A DNA stretch of 64,000 bases from Gracilinanus agilis (Eukaryota): positions 528,880,264-528,944,263 of the forward strand of contig NC_058131.1 of assembly GCF_016433145.1 (NCBI RefSeq), written 5' to 3'. The notes under the pieces were generated by a model, which worked only from the letters and a program-made list of their open reading frames with translations, searched no databases and was not told the origin of the DNA. A program made the translations under genes and the position numbers. Below are positions 1 to 13,963 of this stretch, piece after piece. Numbering within the stretch: position 1 is the stretch's first letter; each line of letters opens with the position of its first letter.

Positions 1-360
1 TCCCCTTTCTTCTCTCCTCCACTCCCTTTTTTTCCTCTTCTCTTTTTCTCTTCCTTTCTCCCCTTCTTCTCCCTAATCTTTCTCCTTCTCCCTCTTCTCT
101 TCCTTCTCCTCTCTTCCTCATTCCTCTTTTCTCTACTCTTTCCTCTTCCTCTCTTCCTTTTCCATCCCTTCTTCCTACCTTCTTCTCCCTCCTCCCTTTC
201 TTTCCCCTCCTCTTTTCCTCTTTCCTTCCCCTCTTGACCCCATTTCTCATTCCCCAGCTTCCCCCTCCCTCCATATTCCTTTTTTTCCCTCTCCCCCAGC
301 TCTCCCCACTATCCCTTCTTCCCCTTTCCTTCTTCCTTTCATTTCCTTCCTTACCTATCT
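1..360. repeat. C/T-only low-complexity tract; poly-T at ~417-442
   Basis: Near-pure polypyrimidine on the plus strand. Confidence 0.9.
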
Positions 361-2069
361 TGAGAGCCCTTGTTAGAAGGACATTTTCCTACTTGCACTG
401 AACCCATCCTCAGGGCTTTTTTTTTTTTTTTTTTTTTTTTTTGTCTGTAAAAGATCCAAGCAGTTAGTCAACAATCCTTTATTAAGCCATTAGTGCGTTC
501 CAGGCTGGGGATAAAGAAAGACAAAAGCACTGCCCCTGCCCTTTGAAAGCTCCCATTCTAACGGGGCAGCAACATGGCAATGACTGATACTATTGAGGGT
601 ATATAAAGGTAATATTAGAGGGAAAGGATGGGTAGAGATTGCTGTCTGAAGGCAGGATTTAAGCTTGAAGGAAGCCGGAGGCAGAAATGAGGGAGGTGAA
701 CATCCTAGGCATGGGAGACAATGAGTACCAAGGTGGGAGATGGAGTATGGTGTGTGAGGAACAGCCTGTAGGTCACTGTGACTAGGTCATAGTTGAGGAA
801 GAATAGTAGAGTGTAATAGGGCCAAGTTATAAAGAATTTTAAATTCCAAACAGAGGACTTTATATTTGATCCTGAAGGCAATAGGGAGCCAGTGAAATTT
901 ATCAAGTATGGGATTTGACCCACATTGTTAACATCCTGTTAAAAATATTTCAGTAGCATCCAACTCTTGCATTCAAGGCCTTCTCCAATATGGCCCCAAC
1001 CCTTCTTTCCAAGCAGCCTATTGGAATGTGTCTGCCTGCCAACCCTTCCATTTCTACTCTAAGATCTTCAGCCTCCATCTATTGAAATCCTGCATGTCTC
1101 AAATGCCTTCTTCAGGAAGTCTTTCTTCTGTTTTTATTAATGAGATATGATTTCTGAACTATCACAGCATTTTGTATCTTTCTTATGGTTATCATATTTA
1201 TATACTGTCTTGATTTAAATTTATGTTTTCCTAAACTTCAATATTAGATTATTAGATTGTAAGCCCATCGGAGGCAGGACCTCTCTTTTACTAATCCCTG
1301 AATCCTTCTACATGGTAGGGCATCAAATAGTTGTTGAATTGCATTGGAAGAAAGTGTCTGGGGTTCATCAGAGAGAAACCAGCCCCATTTCCCATGTTGA
1401 AACCATGGCCTTATGGCCTGTATCATTAGTTTTCCTTTGCCATTTGGTTTGAGGAAGGAAGAGTAGAAAGGAGGAAGGGGGAGAGGAAATGAAGGAAAGA
1501 AAAACTAAATAGCATTCATTAAACATTGTACTAAGTGGAATGCTTCCTTCTCCTTCATCTCTGCCTCCTGGCTTCCTTCACATCCAAGGTAAAAACAGGC
1601 TAGCTTCTACTGGAAACCTTTCTTGATTCCTTCTTTATTTTAACGCTTTCTGTCTTTTGATTATTTCCTATCTATCCTGTACAATTCGTATATAATTTGT
1701 ATATAATTGTTTGTACAGAATTTTTTGCATATTTTCTCTCCTATTAGAATGTGAGCTTCTCTAGGGCAGAGACCATTTTTTGCCATAGCATAGTCCCTGT
1801 CATGTGGTGGGTACTTGATAAATATTTATTGAGTGAGTATGATTACAAAAGAAAGATGGTCCCTGACCTCAAGGAACCCATATTGGATTGTGGAGAAACT
1901 ATAGATATAAAGAAGTGGTGCCCAAGGAAGGAAGTTTTGGTTTGGGGAGTCACAGGGATGATGAATTGCTTCATAGGGTAGGTGACATGCTCTTTCCAGA
2001 AGCAATGATAGCAATAATTTGATTACTGTGCCCACAGGAGGTAGGTAGGTGAGGAGATACACTGCAAGA

Positions 2070-2277
2070 GGGGAAACTAGGTAGCTTAATGGATAGAGTA
2101 CCAGGTCTAGAGACCTGTTCCTAAAGATAAGAGGTTTAAATTTAGTCTCAGATGCTTCCTACTTGTGTGACCCTGGGCAAGTCACTTAACCCCATTGCCT
2201 AGCCCTTATTGTTGTTCTGCCTTAGAATGTGTACTTGGTATTGATTCTAAGACAGAAGGTAAAGGTTTAAAAAAAAA
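2070..2277 (+). mobile_element. Marsupial SINE1/MAR-type element with TSD GATACACTGCA (2056-2066 / 2281-2291)
   Basis: tRNA-like head, GTGACCCTGGGCAAGTCACTTAACC core, GGTAAAGGTTTAAAA tail. Confidence 0.85.
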
Positions 2278-3404
2278 GATGATACACTGCAGAGGTGTGC
2301 AGATATATGGGATGTGATTCAAGGTCTGAGCTGGAGTCAGCTAGTTATTGTGGGCTGCATGAATTGGCACTCATCCATTAATCAAGATAAATCAGGCTCA
2401 GGGCAGAAATTTCAAAGCTGAGTTGATCAGTGAGCTTGGTTTCTGGAGGTCTGGTCCAGGAAGATTTGGGAGGGCAGAAGGGACAAGATGGACTGAGTGG
2501 ACAGCTGGATGGGAAGGTGAAACGTCTGTTAGCCAGACTGGAGCAGAAAAGGTAAAGCCTATATCCTCTGTATTTCTTCTGGTTTGAGTAGTAATAATGG
2601 TGTTTATAACAATGATCAGAGCCTTACCAGATTTCTCATTTACATCTCCAGTGCCTAACACATAGTAGGAACTTAGTAAAACTTTATCATATTGTCATTG
2701 TATTGTGCCTCCTTGCAGATGACTCCCATCTGTTTATGCAGCCCTGAAATCTCCCATCTCCAGGCCTGGTGCTCTATCAACTGAACCACCTCGCTGCCTC
2801 TTATCTCACTCTTTTAAAATGTTCTCTGTATTTACTACTTGTTTGCTGTTCATCACCCTCTATAGGTTTCTCAGATGTATGTCAATAGGCCTTACTTCCA
2901 GGCCTTTTGACTCTCTTTTCACCCTGAAAGTGGCCCATGCTTTTGAAATAGAGAGGCTACAACGGGTAGTTCCCCTCCTGAGGCTCATCATTTTATTATC
3001 AAGTGCTCATGCTGATGTCCCAAGCAGTTTCTTTCTGAAAGAAAGAAGTGCTATCATGATATTTTAAATTTGTACTGTGTTTAACAGGTTTTCAAAGTAT
3101 TCTCAGGCATGTTTTCTTAGCTTATCCTTACCACATCAGGACAGGGGCTGTTACTCTTATTTGAAAAATAAGAGACTAGAAACTGAGAGACTCTTTGCTA
3201 TAACTGTGACAGGGCCTGGAACTCAGGCCTTCTGATTGCTGAAATATAAGTAGATAATCTACTTCCAGCAATTTTCTCTCTTCTAATCCATCTTTTTTTT
3301 TCTTAAACCCTTATCTTCTTTTTATTTATAAAACATTTTTCCCATGGTTACCTGATTCATGTTCTATCCTCCCCCCTCCCAGAGTGGATAAGCAATTCCA
3401 TTGT

Positions 3405-3597
3405 AACCCTTACCTTCTGCCTTAGAATCGATATTAAGTATTGGTTCCAAGGCAAAAGAGTAGTAAGAGCTAGGCAACTGGGGCTTAGTGACTTGCCCAG
3501 GATGATACAGTTAGGAAGTATCTGAGGCCAGATTTGAATGCAGGTCTTCCCATTTTCAGGTCTCGCTCTCAATGCACTGAGCCACCTAGCTGCTTCC
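3405..3597 (-). mobile_element. SINE1/MAR-type element
   Basis: Reverse complement of the same family sequence. Confidence 0.85.
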
Positions 3598-4973
3598 TAA
3601 TCTATCTTTTAAACGACTGTCAGATGAATCTTTTATATCAAAGAGATGGATTTGAAGTGGAAAATGACCAATAGAACAGAAGCTTCTTACTGACAAGTAC
3701 TAATTTATTTTTGTTTCACAAGTCCCCAAACCTGTCAAAGTGCTCACCATGCTCTCTGCTTAGTAGGCAATTAATAAATGCTAATTGATTGATTCAGAGG
3801 CCATCCAGTCCCTAATTTTGTAGGTAAAAAAACCAATCTATTCATGTCACTCTTCTTGTTCAGAAATCTTCAGCTGCTCTCTGTTACCTACTACTTTGTA
3901 AAATTCAGATTCCTCTGCAGGGGATTTGAGGCCTTCCTCAATCCGGCACCACCTTGATCTTATGCTTTTCTCTTCCCTATACTCTGCATTCCAGCCAGAC
4001 TGGACCATTCCCAGTCCTTTGAGCATCCACATGCTTCACTGTCATGCCTCATGCCTGGCGTGCCCCTCCTCTCTTTAGCTTCGGAATTCCTGCCTGTCCT
4101 TTAAAGCCTCGACTCCAATGTCATCTCCTCCCTGAAGCCTTCCTTCTGCCTTCTGGGTGGGAATGACTCTTCCCCGTAAAGCCCAAGAAGCAAGGACTTG
4201 GTTTTGTAACTTTTTAATATTCTTACCATGTGGTAGTATGAACTCTCCACCCTCCCCTGGCCTTCTACAAGGAAAGAAAGGGAAAGAAAGGGAATAAGCA
4301 TTTTTACAGTGCCTGCTGTGTGCTGGGGCACTGTGCTCAGCTGGCTCTCTGTCTTTGTCTATCTCTCTCTTTGACTCTCTTCATCTCTTTCTCTGCCTCT
4401 GCCTCACTGTCTCCTTCTCTTGACAATTATCTCCTTTGAGCCCAATCAGGGGTGGGATGGGGAAAGAAAAAGTCCTAATAGCCTTTAAATTAAAAAAAAT
4501 GTTTTTAATGTTGAATAGGAAGCTACTTCTAAACTCACCCTTATCTGCAGAGAGGCATGAGGGCAGAGTGGGCAGAGCCAGCCTTGGCATCAGGACTTGG
4601 AACTGAGTCTTGCCTTTGACACATCCTGGTTGTGTGATGTAGGCAGTGCCTGTCTGCACTGATGGAGAGAGGTCCTACTCTGGAAGCCATACATATTGGT
4701 GAAGTCAGAGAGACCAGAACCTGGAAGCTAAATTATTACAATTCTCTCTTGCTCGCTGGATCCAAACATGGATCCAAGCATAAGCCATAAGCCCATAAAG
4801 CTATAGGATTTGGGCTGAGTCGGTTAATATTTAAGATAGATTAATATTTGTTGAATATGATTTTATTTCAGCTAAGGAAAATAACTGGAAAAGAGATTCC
4901 TTTCTTAGTAATTGTCTTTCTGTTGAGCTAACTTTCCTAACAACCAACATTATTGATCTGGAAAAGACATCTA

Positions 4974-5203
4974 GGGGTAGCTGGCTTAGTGGATTGAGAT
5001 CCAGGCCTAGAGATGGGAGGTCCTGGGTTCAAATACAGCCTCAGACACTTCCCAGCTGTGTGTCCCTGGACAAGTCACATAATTGCAATGGCCTTACCAC
5101 TCTTCTGTCTTGGAACAGATACTTAGTATCTATTCTAAGACAGAAGGTAAAAGGTTTTTTTGTTGTTTGTGTTTATTTAAAAAAAAAAAAAAGGAAGAAA
5201 AAA
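4974..5203 (+). mobile_element. SINE1-type element with TSD AAAAGACATC (4962-4971 / 5204-5213)
   Basis: Family core, A-rich tail and flanking direct repeat. Confidence 0.88.
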
Positions 5204-7411
5204 AAAAGACATCCCAGGTTTCTCTATAATCTGTTTTTCCAAGCAAGGCCTGGGCTTCTGAATCTGTGTGGTCTATTCCCTGTCAATAGTAACATCAAGT
5301 ACTGGTATTGATTTCTTCTTCTGAACAATTAGGGTTGAGATATTCTCTACCTTCCCCAGGTTTAAGAGAGAAAAAATCAACTCCCAAAAGGCACAAAGGG
5401 TCATGATTACTAACTGTTCCCATTTCTCAAACCCAGTGGTTTGCTAATTGTTTTTTTCCCTCGTGCTGATTCATCAAGGCATGGTTCAACTATTACCTGT
5501 CATAAAACAAGAGCAGGCCCCATGCCTGTTTTCCTTATCTGCTCCTCATCTGTCTGGTCTTTGAAAACTGAACCTAGTGATTTGGACTCCTTACGTACCA
5601 CCCCCAGCTTTCATTGCATGGGAAGCCAGCGGCCGGCCCCTCAACAAGGACCTCTTCTCTTTAGAACGCCTTTCCCCGAAGGATCCCAAACTGCCTGGCC
5701 TTCCTTAATGATGGTTATTTTATATTCTTTGAACCCTTTGGCACTTGACTTTGGGGGATGAGTCAGCTGTTTGCTTGAGATAGGAGGTGAAACTGAGAAC
5801 AGGTGAACTGTCAAAGACATTAAAGTTGGCCTGGGGCCGAGCCCAAGAGGGTGCCCAGGAATCTCTGCTCCCTGCCCTGTCCTGCTCTCAGGGGACGCCG
5901 CCAGGTTCTAACAGAACCAGTTGTGGGTCTTGTTGGGCCAGCGGAGCCTAGGAAGGAGGGGCTGGGTGTCTGCAGGATTCCCTAATCCTCTCCAAGATGC
6001 CTGTCTGTAGAAGGGCAGGTCAGGCACTAAATTCAGTTGTGATTCACAGACATCCTCAGGTTGAAGCGTTTCCTTCCCTGGGTTCAGAGGGCAGAGTGAC
6101 TTTAGAGAGCATCTAGTCCAATGCCCTTATAATGCAGATGTGAAAACTGAGGCCAAGGAAGTCGAGATTTGCTCACAAGGTCCCCATAGGTGATTAGCAG
6201 AACATTCTCTGACCCTAGAATTCAACTCCAAATACCCCCTGTCAGGGAAGAGGAGAGAACTGGACTTGGACTCAAGAGCTTGGTTCCAGGCCTGCCCCAG
6301 ACACTTACCCGTGATGGGTGGATAATTCTGGGCAAGTCACTTAACCTCCGATCTTCAGTTTCCTCATTGCCCACATTCCAATAATGATCATACTCAAGTA
6401 CCTACTTCACCAGCTTATTGTGCTCATCAGGGGAGATAAGCAATGTCAAGTGCATTCCAAACTTTAAAATGCTGCAGATGTCTGCTTAAGAAACATTTTC
6501 ACACAGACCACTGGTTTCTAATCAGGAAATGTGAATCGTAGGAAAGGGAAGTTAGAAAATAGATGTAAGCTTTTGAAGGACCAGACTGATGCTTTATATT
6601 TCTTTTTTTTTTTTTTAAATAGCCTTTAGGGCTTTAAGGTTTGCAGAGCATTTTATATATGTTATCTCATTTGATCCTCACAACAAGCCAGGGTAGGTAC
6701 TCTTGTTATCATCCCCATTTTACAGATGAAAAAAATGGAGGCACTTGGGTTGAGTGACTTGTCCAGGATCACATTATGGTCATTATGGGTCTTAGGTCAG
6801 ATTTGAACTTGTTTTTTTTTTATCCACCGGGCCATTTAGCTGTCTCTCCAATCATCTCTTTCAAAAATGACTTCAATGCATAGAGCATTTTCATAAAGTA
6901 TGCTCAAGAAATACATGTTAGAAAAAAAATAAAGGATGTTTGCACAAGAGACCTTTTAGTTTTTTAAGCTCCTCCTGTGGCCAAGGCGGCTAATGCAGGC
7001 TGGGGAGCACTTAGAACTTGGTCAGACATTGAGGGGGGGGTCATTCCCTGCATTCCAGGGCACCACTAGTCAGCCTGACCTTTGTCCTGCCACTGGACAC
7101 CAGTGTTTCGGGAAGAGGGAGGCTGATGACTCCTGGGCAACTTTGAACTTTGTCCAAATTCACAAGCAAGTCAGGCTGTCCCCTCATGATGTCACTGGTC
7201 TCTTCAGAAACCAAGGACAGACAACTGTGTGCCAGGCACTGGGGCTCTCCTCAGACGGTTTACCTTTTAGATTAGGTGGTGATTGGGTGGGCTAGTGAGG
7301 GATGGACCCGGAAGGAGGAAGATTCCAGGCTGAATCCCCTGCAGACAGACCTTTCCTGGACTGTGTCACCAGAGGAAAGGCCCTTCATCCATTTCAGTCT
7401 TGTTGATTTAT

Positions 7412-8193
7412 TTTTTAAGACCCTTCCTTTCTGTCTTAGAATCCAAGGCAGAAGAGCAGTAAGAGATAGGCAGTGAAGATTAAGTGACTTGCCCAGGGTC
7501 ACACAGCTGGGAAGTGTCTGAGAATCTCCCAACTCCAGGCCACCTCGCTGCCCCTCTCAGCCTAATTTAAAATGACAATGAAAATAACACAGTCATGGGG
7601 ATGTCATGAGGATAAAATAAGATAACATGTAAAACACTTTGCAAATCTTAAAACACTGTATAAATGTTAGTTATTATTTACAGCTGAGAGTATATGCAAA
7701 CCAAAAATGACATAATTTCTTTTTGTGGGGAGAAGGCCCTGCTGGGTGATGGTGATATCAGGGAAGGCTCTCTGTGAGAGATGGAACTTCAGCTGAGTTT
7801 GGAAGGAAGTGAGGGATGCCGAGAAGCTAAAGGGAGGTGGGAGAGGACATCCCAAAAGTGGGGGCAAACTGTGAGAATGTAATGTTGTCTGTGGGTCGAG
7901 ACTTTGAGTTCCCTGGAAAATAGCTGAGGTGTCTGGCTTAGCAGCACAGAGCATAGAGACTGGGCCTGGAATCAGAAAGACTCCTCTTCCTGAGTTCAAA
8001 TCCGACCTCAGACACTTCCTAGCTGTGTGTCCCTGGCCAAGTCACTTATCCTGGTTTGCCTAGACCTTGCTTTTCTGTCTTAGGGTTGTTACTAAGAAAT
8101 AAAGGTTTAAAAAAAGAAAAGAAAAGAAAATAGCTGAGTTTATAAAGACTTAGGAAGAAGAGTTAGGACTTAAGTCTAAGAATTTGGACCTGT

Positions 8194-8224
<31 letters not shown>

Positions 8225-9822
8225 TTTAAATTGAAAAAGTCTTCAGATGCAAGTGGCAAAGGAAAAGAAAAGATTTTCAGGGTAGACCATAAAGGAAATG
8301 TGAAAATAGGGAAGGATCCTAATATTATCTTTTTTTTAAGCCCTTACCTTCTTTCTTAGAATAGATAGTAAATATCAGTTCCAAGGCAGGAAGGGCTAGG
8401 CCATAGGGTTCAATGACTTGCCCAGGGTCACCCAGCTATGAAGTGTCTGAGACCACATTTGAACCCAGGACCTCCCATTTCCAGGCCTGGCTCTCTATCC
8501 ACAGAATCACCGGGCTGCCCCAAATCCTTCCACTATTAAAAAAAAAAAAAATCATCACCTTTAGCATTTTAATGTGGCTGCTTCCTCTGCTCTGGAGAGC
8601 CATAAGGTCATGGTGGGGCCCATGGGGACCTCTGACTTCTCTGCCATTTTTAAGTTCTGCCACTTAGATGTAGCCATTCTCGTGGGCCCATGCTTTGAGG
8701 CTCCTTCCTTTTTTGGCGTGCTCCAGAAAGTCCTTAATCATAACTAATAGGAAAGATTGTCAAGAATTTTACTGGCAGGGTGGCTATTGAAATGCTAATG
8801 AGGAGCAAAGTCTTGATTCTGCCCCAGCAGACACTGGAAGCCTCTCAGAGGCCTCTGCTTAATGAAGACCATTGTGGAGAGTTGTGTTTACTGCAGGAGA
8901 AATACTCATTTAGAGCAGCAGGCCCAGTGGGAGGCCGGCTAAAGCTGGGCATCCCCTGTGCCACACAAAGCTCCAGACCCCGGGCCACCTGGCTGAGAGC
9001 ACGAGCTGCCCTTGGGAGGCTGGCACACTGCATGGCTCTCCCCCAGGGCCAGGGCAGCAGCTGATGCTGGGAGCCACTTGTTATGTAGGACAACACGCCT
9101 GGCCCCCACGACCCTGTCCTTCAGGGCCCCCAGAAGCCATTGAGTGTTGACTTAGTTCCAATCTGGAATGTTCTAGTGCTTCCGGGGGTGAGGGAGAGCA
9201 GGTTTTCATTTTGTTCAAAGCCTTTGGGGCTGTGCCAGGGCTCTTGGAGCAGAATTTATTATCTGTCTGTCTATTTATTAAAAATCCTTACCTTCTATCC
9301 TAGTATCAAGTCCAAGACAGAAGAGCGGTAAGGGCTAGATTATTAGAATTAAGTGACTCACCCAGGCTCACACAGCTAGGAAGTGTCTAGGGTCAGATTT
9401 GAACCCAGGACCTTCCTGTTCCAGGCCTATCCACTGTACTACCTAGCTGTCTCCAGAGCAGAATTTAAACCATCCCTTATCTCCACTATTGGATTGAAAT
9501 CACTTGGGGCCAAGATAGATCAGAGCAAAACCCCTCCACTTTTTTCACTCCCTTTTGATCAGGTGTCAGATCACCTTCAAGCTAGGGTGAGGGTCACTAT
9601 TTGCCCCATCCACATGCAGCTTTTTTTTTTTTTTTTTAAGCCTTTCCCTTCTGTCTTAAAATCAATACTGAATATCAGTTCCAAGGCAGAAGAGCAGTAA
9701 GGTTTAGGCATTGGGGATTAAGTGACTTATCCAGGGTCACACAGCTAGGCAGTGTCTGAGACCAGATTCAAACCTAGGACCTCCTATCTCTAGACCTGGC
9801 ACTTGATTCACTGGCTGCCTCC
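7412..9822. mobile_element. Cluster of five SINE1/MAR copies (~7412-7556 -, 7930-8115 +, 8330-8522 -, 9278-9452 -, 9621-9822 -)
   Basis: Each carries the AAGTGACTTGCCCAGGGTCACACAGCT core or its complement. Confidence 0.8.
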
Positions 9823-10076
9823 AACATTCATCTTAATGCTAGTTTTCTGAGAAAAATGCTCAGCTCTGAATGCTGAGGGAGCAGAGAGTTCCCAGGCCAG
9901 AGACTAACCTCAAGCTGCCCCAGCCCTGAGTCTGACGTCTTCCCTGTCACAGATACTGGTATCTCCCTTCTGAGATTACCTTATATCTGCTTTGTAGTAT
10001 CTTATTTATTTATAGTTATTTACATATTATTTCAGGCCGCTAGGTGGGACAGTGGAGTCAAGACGACCTGAGTTCT

Positions 10077-10507
10077 TTTTATTTATGTATTCATTCATTC
10101 ATTCATTCATTCATTTATTTAGAATATTTTTCCAGGGTTCCATGATTCATGATTTTTCCTTCCCCTCTCCCGGAGCTGACAAGCAATTCCACTGGGTTAT
10201 CCATGCATCACTGTTCAAAACTTATTTCCATGTTATTCATTTCTGTAGTGGAGCAATCTTTTAACATCAAAACCTTAATCATGTCCCCATCAAACCCTGT
10301 GATCAAGCAAATGTTTTTCTTCTCCCACAGTTTCTGCTCCCACAGTTCTTCCTCAGGATGTAGATAGCATTCTTTCTCATAAGTCCCTCAGAATTGTCCT
10401 GGGTCATTGCATTGCTGCTAGTAGAGAAGTCAGTTACATTCGATTGTGCCACAGTGTATCAGTCTCTGTGTACAATGTTCTCCTGGTTCTGCTCCTTTCG
10501 CTCTGAA
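10077..10507 (-). mobile_element. 5'-truncated L1 3' end inserted into a MIR/MAR element; TSD GACCTGAGTTCT (10065-10076 / 10508-10519), (ATTC)n tail
   Basis: The host SINE resumes exactly after the second TSD; the sequence is similar to the L1 pieces at 11050-11715 and 39320-39810. Confidence 0.8.
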
Positions 10508-11049
10508 GACCTGAGTTCTAATGTGGCCTCAGACACTTCCTAGCTGTGTGACCCTGGGATTAAGTTAAACACTTAACCCTGTTTGCCTCCATTTCCTCAT
10601 CTTTAAATTGAGCCCGAGAAGGAAATGGCTATCCTCTCCAGTACCTTTGCCAAGAAAACCCCAAATGGGGTTAGGAAGAGCCAGACATGACTGAGCAGCA
10701 ACATGTTATTCCCCCCATTAGAATACAAGTTTCTTGAAGGCCACCACTGAATTTTTGCTTTTCTTTGTGTCCTCACTCCTTAGCTTAGGACTTGGTCCTG
10801 AACTAAGGGCTTATTAAATGTTCATTGATTGACTTGCTGTGGGTTGTTGGTTGGAAGGCTTCTCTCTAGGGGACTGAGGAAAAATTGGACTTGGTTTAAG
10901 TAAGTCAGAAATACTCAATGACTTAAAAAAAAAAACAACCTAGGCCTGAGCACCCTTCTTGGGCAAATGTTGGTGATGTCAAGGTTTTAAGAGTTCTAAG
11001 GGGTGGAACCAGGAAGTGGCCTATTTTTTTGAGGTAGAAAATAATTTTT

Positions 11050-11715
11050 TAAAGTTATTTTAAACTTTGTTTAAAATTTTTTCCATGGTCACATGTCTTA
11101 TGTTGTCTCCCATCCCTCTTCCCTCAATGAGTTGACAAGCAATTCCACCGGATTATATATATATTATCACTCAAAATCTATTTCCATATTATTCATTTTT
11201 GTAATAGTCTTTTAAAACCAAAACCCCAAATCACATCCCTATATAAACAAGTGATAAATCATGTTTTCTTCTGCATTTCTGCTCCCACAGTTCTTTCTCC
11301 CAATGTGGATAGTGTTCTTTCTCATAAGTCCCTTGGAATTGTCCTGGATTGTCGCATCGCTATTAGTAGCAGAGTCAGTTACATTTGATTGTCCCACAGT
11401 TTCAGTTACTGCATACAGTGTTCTCCTGGCTCTGCTCATCTCACTGCATCAGTTCATGTAAGTCTTTCCAGCTCTTTCTGAAATCCTCCAGTTCATCATT
11501 CCTTAGAGCACAATAGTCACCATCATATACCACAATTTGTTCAGCCGTTTTCCAATTGAGGGACATCCCCTCATTTTCCAATTTTTTGCACCATAAAAAG
11601 TGCAGCTATAAATATTTTTGTGCAAACAAATCATTTCCCTTTTTTTTTTATCTCTTTGAGATACAAACCTAGTAGTGGTACGGCTGGATCAAGAGCATGC
11701 TTTCCTTTAAAGTCC
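11050..11715 (-). mobile_element. L1 3'-end fragment
   Basis: Shares long blocks with 10120-10500 (GACAAGCAATTCCAC, CCCACAGTTCTT, GTCCTGGATTGT). Confidence 0.75.
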
Positions 11716-13230
11716 TTTGGGTATAATAGAAAATAAAATGTCTACAGTATAGGTTATTCCCAAAGAAGACTAAGGTGAATGGCCATCTGGACTAAAATAA
11801 AAATAGTTCCTATTTATATAACACAAGAACCAGTGGATAATAGGCAGTACAAATATTTTACAAATGGAGAAACTGACAGTAATATAGCTGATAAATGGTG
11901 AAGTTAAAATTTGAACTCGGGTCTTCTGACTCTAAATGTAGTGTGGATTCCCCCCCCCCCCTTATTGCACTCCCCATCTTTTCAGTTAGAGAGACCTTGT
12001 AAGATCAGTAGGTTTATCTGTTTACCTTTAAACCAGTGAATGTCTAAACCATCTGACATGGGACTAATGGAAGCACCACAACTTCCCTCAGTCCCCCAGT
12101 CCAGTGTTCCATTACATCAGCATTTAAGAGGGAGAAGGTTAACAAACAAATGGGTAGCCTGTGTGTAACACTGGCATCCTGGAGCCGTGAGACTTTGAGG
12201 AAGGCTTCCAGCGGGCAGAGAAGACCCTCTGGAGGATTGATGGGTCATGGACAAGAATCACGGAGGAGGAGGCTTGGCTGGCTGAGTCTGGGTCAGTAAT
12301 TGGAGGAAGTATTCACACTAATAAGATCAGGTACCCTTCGGAGAGCAAAGCAGAGGCAGAGAGGAAATTATTCTTTTCCTCTTGCCCTGCTTAAAAGGAA
12401 CTTTTGTCCTGATCTTTCTTTGATATGGTTTTTTCATTCATTACTTTTCATTCATACCTATTGTATGGGGTTATTAAATGTTCTATTTTCAGCTTCATAC
12501 TAGGGATTCATTTTAGGCCTTTAAAAAAAACTTGTTTTTTAAAAAACCCTTACCTTCTGTTTTAGTATCAATCCTAAGAGAGAAGAGTAGCAAGGGCTAA
12601 AGCAATGAGGGTTAAATGACTTGCCCGGGATCACATACCTAGGAAGTGTCTGAGATCAGATTTGAACCCAGGTCCTCCTGACTCCAGGCCTGGCACTCCA
12701 GCTACTGTACTTTTTCTTTTATATAAATGGATGAGGCTAGGGCTGCTGCTTATAGCTGTGGCAGGTTACTGAAGCTCAGATTCTCCACGATGGCATTCCA
12801 TCTTCCAGATTGGGTCTTTGCATTGACTTTCACCATGTCTGGCATATACCCCTTGTCAAGTCATCCTCATCTGTCTGTTGGTAAACATTTGTGTAGTGCC
12901 TACTAGGTGGTAAGTGCTGAGGAGTCCTTGGCCTCCTGAGGTTTCTGCCTTGTGCCCCATCCTGAGAGAGAGAATCTGGGAGGCGCTCACCAAGGGCCAC
13001 TCTGGTCCATCAAAAGGTGAAGGGCCGGGGGACTGAGGGCGACTAAGCAGCAGCAGCAGAGAGGGAGAGAATGATGAAAGCCAGGGGGAAACCCTCTCAT
13101 CCTTCAAGACCCACTTCAAACGCTCTATTCCACCTGACTCTTGCCGCTGAGACAGCTTCCTTACAAATTGCTTCATTACTAATACATATGAAAACATAGA
13201 CGTGTATACGTACATAAATATGTCGTCTGC

Positions 13231-13963
13231 TGTAATGGAAAAGATGCAAGAGAGGCTTTTGCTCTTGCAGAGGGCCAACTGAAAACTTCTGGCAGTTAGA
13301 AGCCTTAGAATTTTGAGAGGAGTCAGTTGATTCCTGATGCTTGAACAGAGCGGAAGGACTAACTAGAGCTCTGCTTTGACTTTCGGTTTTGCTTTTGGCC
13401 TGTGCTTTGTCTCTGGACAATTTGAACCTAGCTAATTTCTCTGGACCTCTCCCTGACCTTCTCCATATTATTTCCCTGTTTTCCCTGCCTGTTTTCCTGG
13501 GGCTCTAGGGGGCAGGGTGGCTTTTGGGTTTTTAGTGAATAGACTTTGTGGATTTAGTTTCCTCAATAGGCAAGTAGGACATCCTTGAATTCAAACTACC
13601 CCTTTAGAATACCCTCTATCTTAAAAGCAGCCAAATCTTCCCTGACTGAGAGAAGCAGGTCCTCTCCCAGTCTAACCCATTCCTGTGACCCTCCCCCATC
13701 TTGAGTTTCTCCCTAGTGGCTGTCAGAAACCCCAAACCCCTCTCTCCTTCCTGACCAACCCTGAACGTTAATAAATCCCTTTGTTACCTAATCAAACCCC
13801 CTGGAGAATCATTGTGTTGAAGAATTAGGCAAGGGTTGAAGGGGAAGGAATTATTCTCTTTATTTCCTGAGGGAAACTGGAGGCATCCATCTTGGGAGGA
13901 AGTAGTTGCCCAACACTTCCTCCTGAATCCCTTCAGTTTCATTGATAGGCCTAATTTTCCACA
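13231..13963 (+). mobile_element. Solo-LTR-like element interrupting an L2 3' end
   Basis: Begins TGTAATGGAAAA and ends TTTTCCACA; TTAAAA at 13621, AATAAA at 13770-13775; L2 sequence on both sides. No convincing TSD. Confidence 0.45.
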
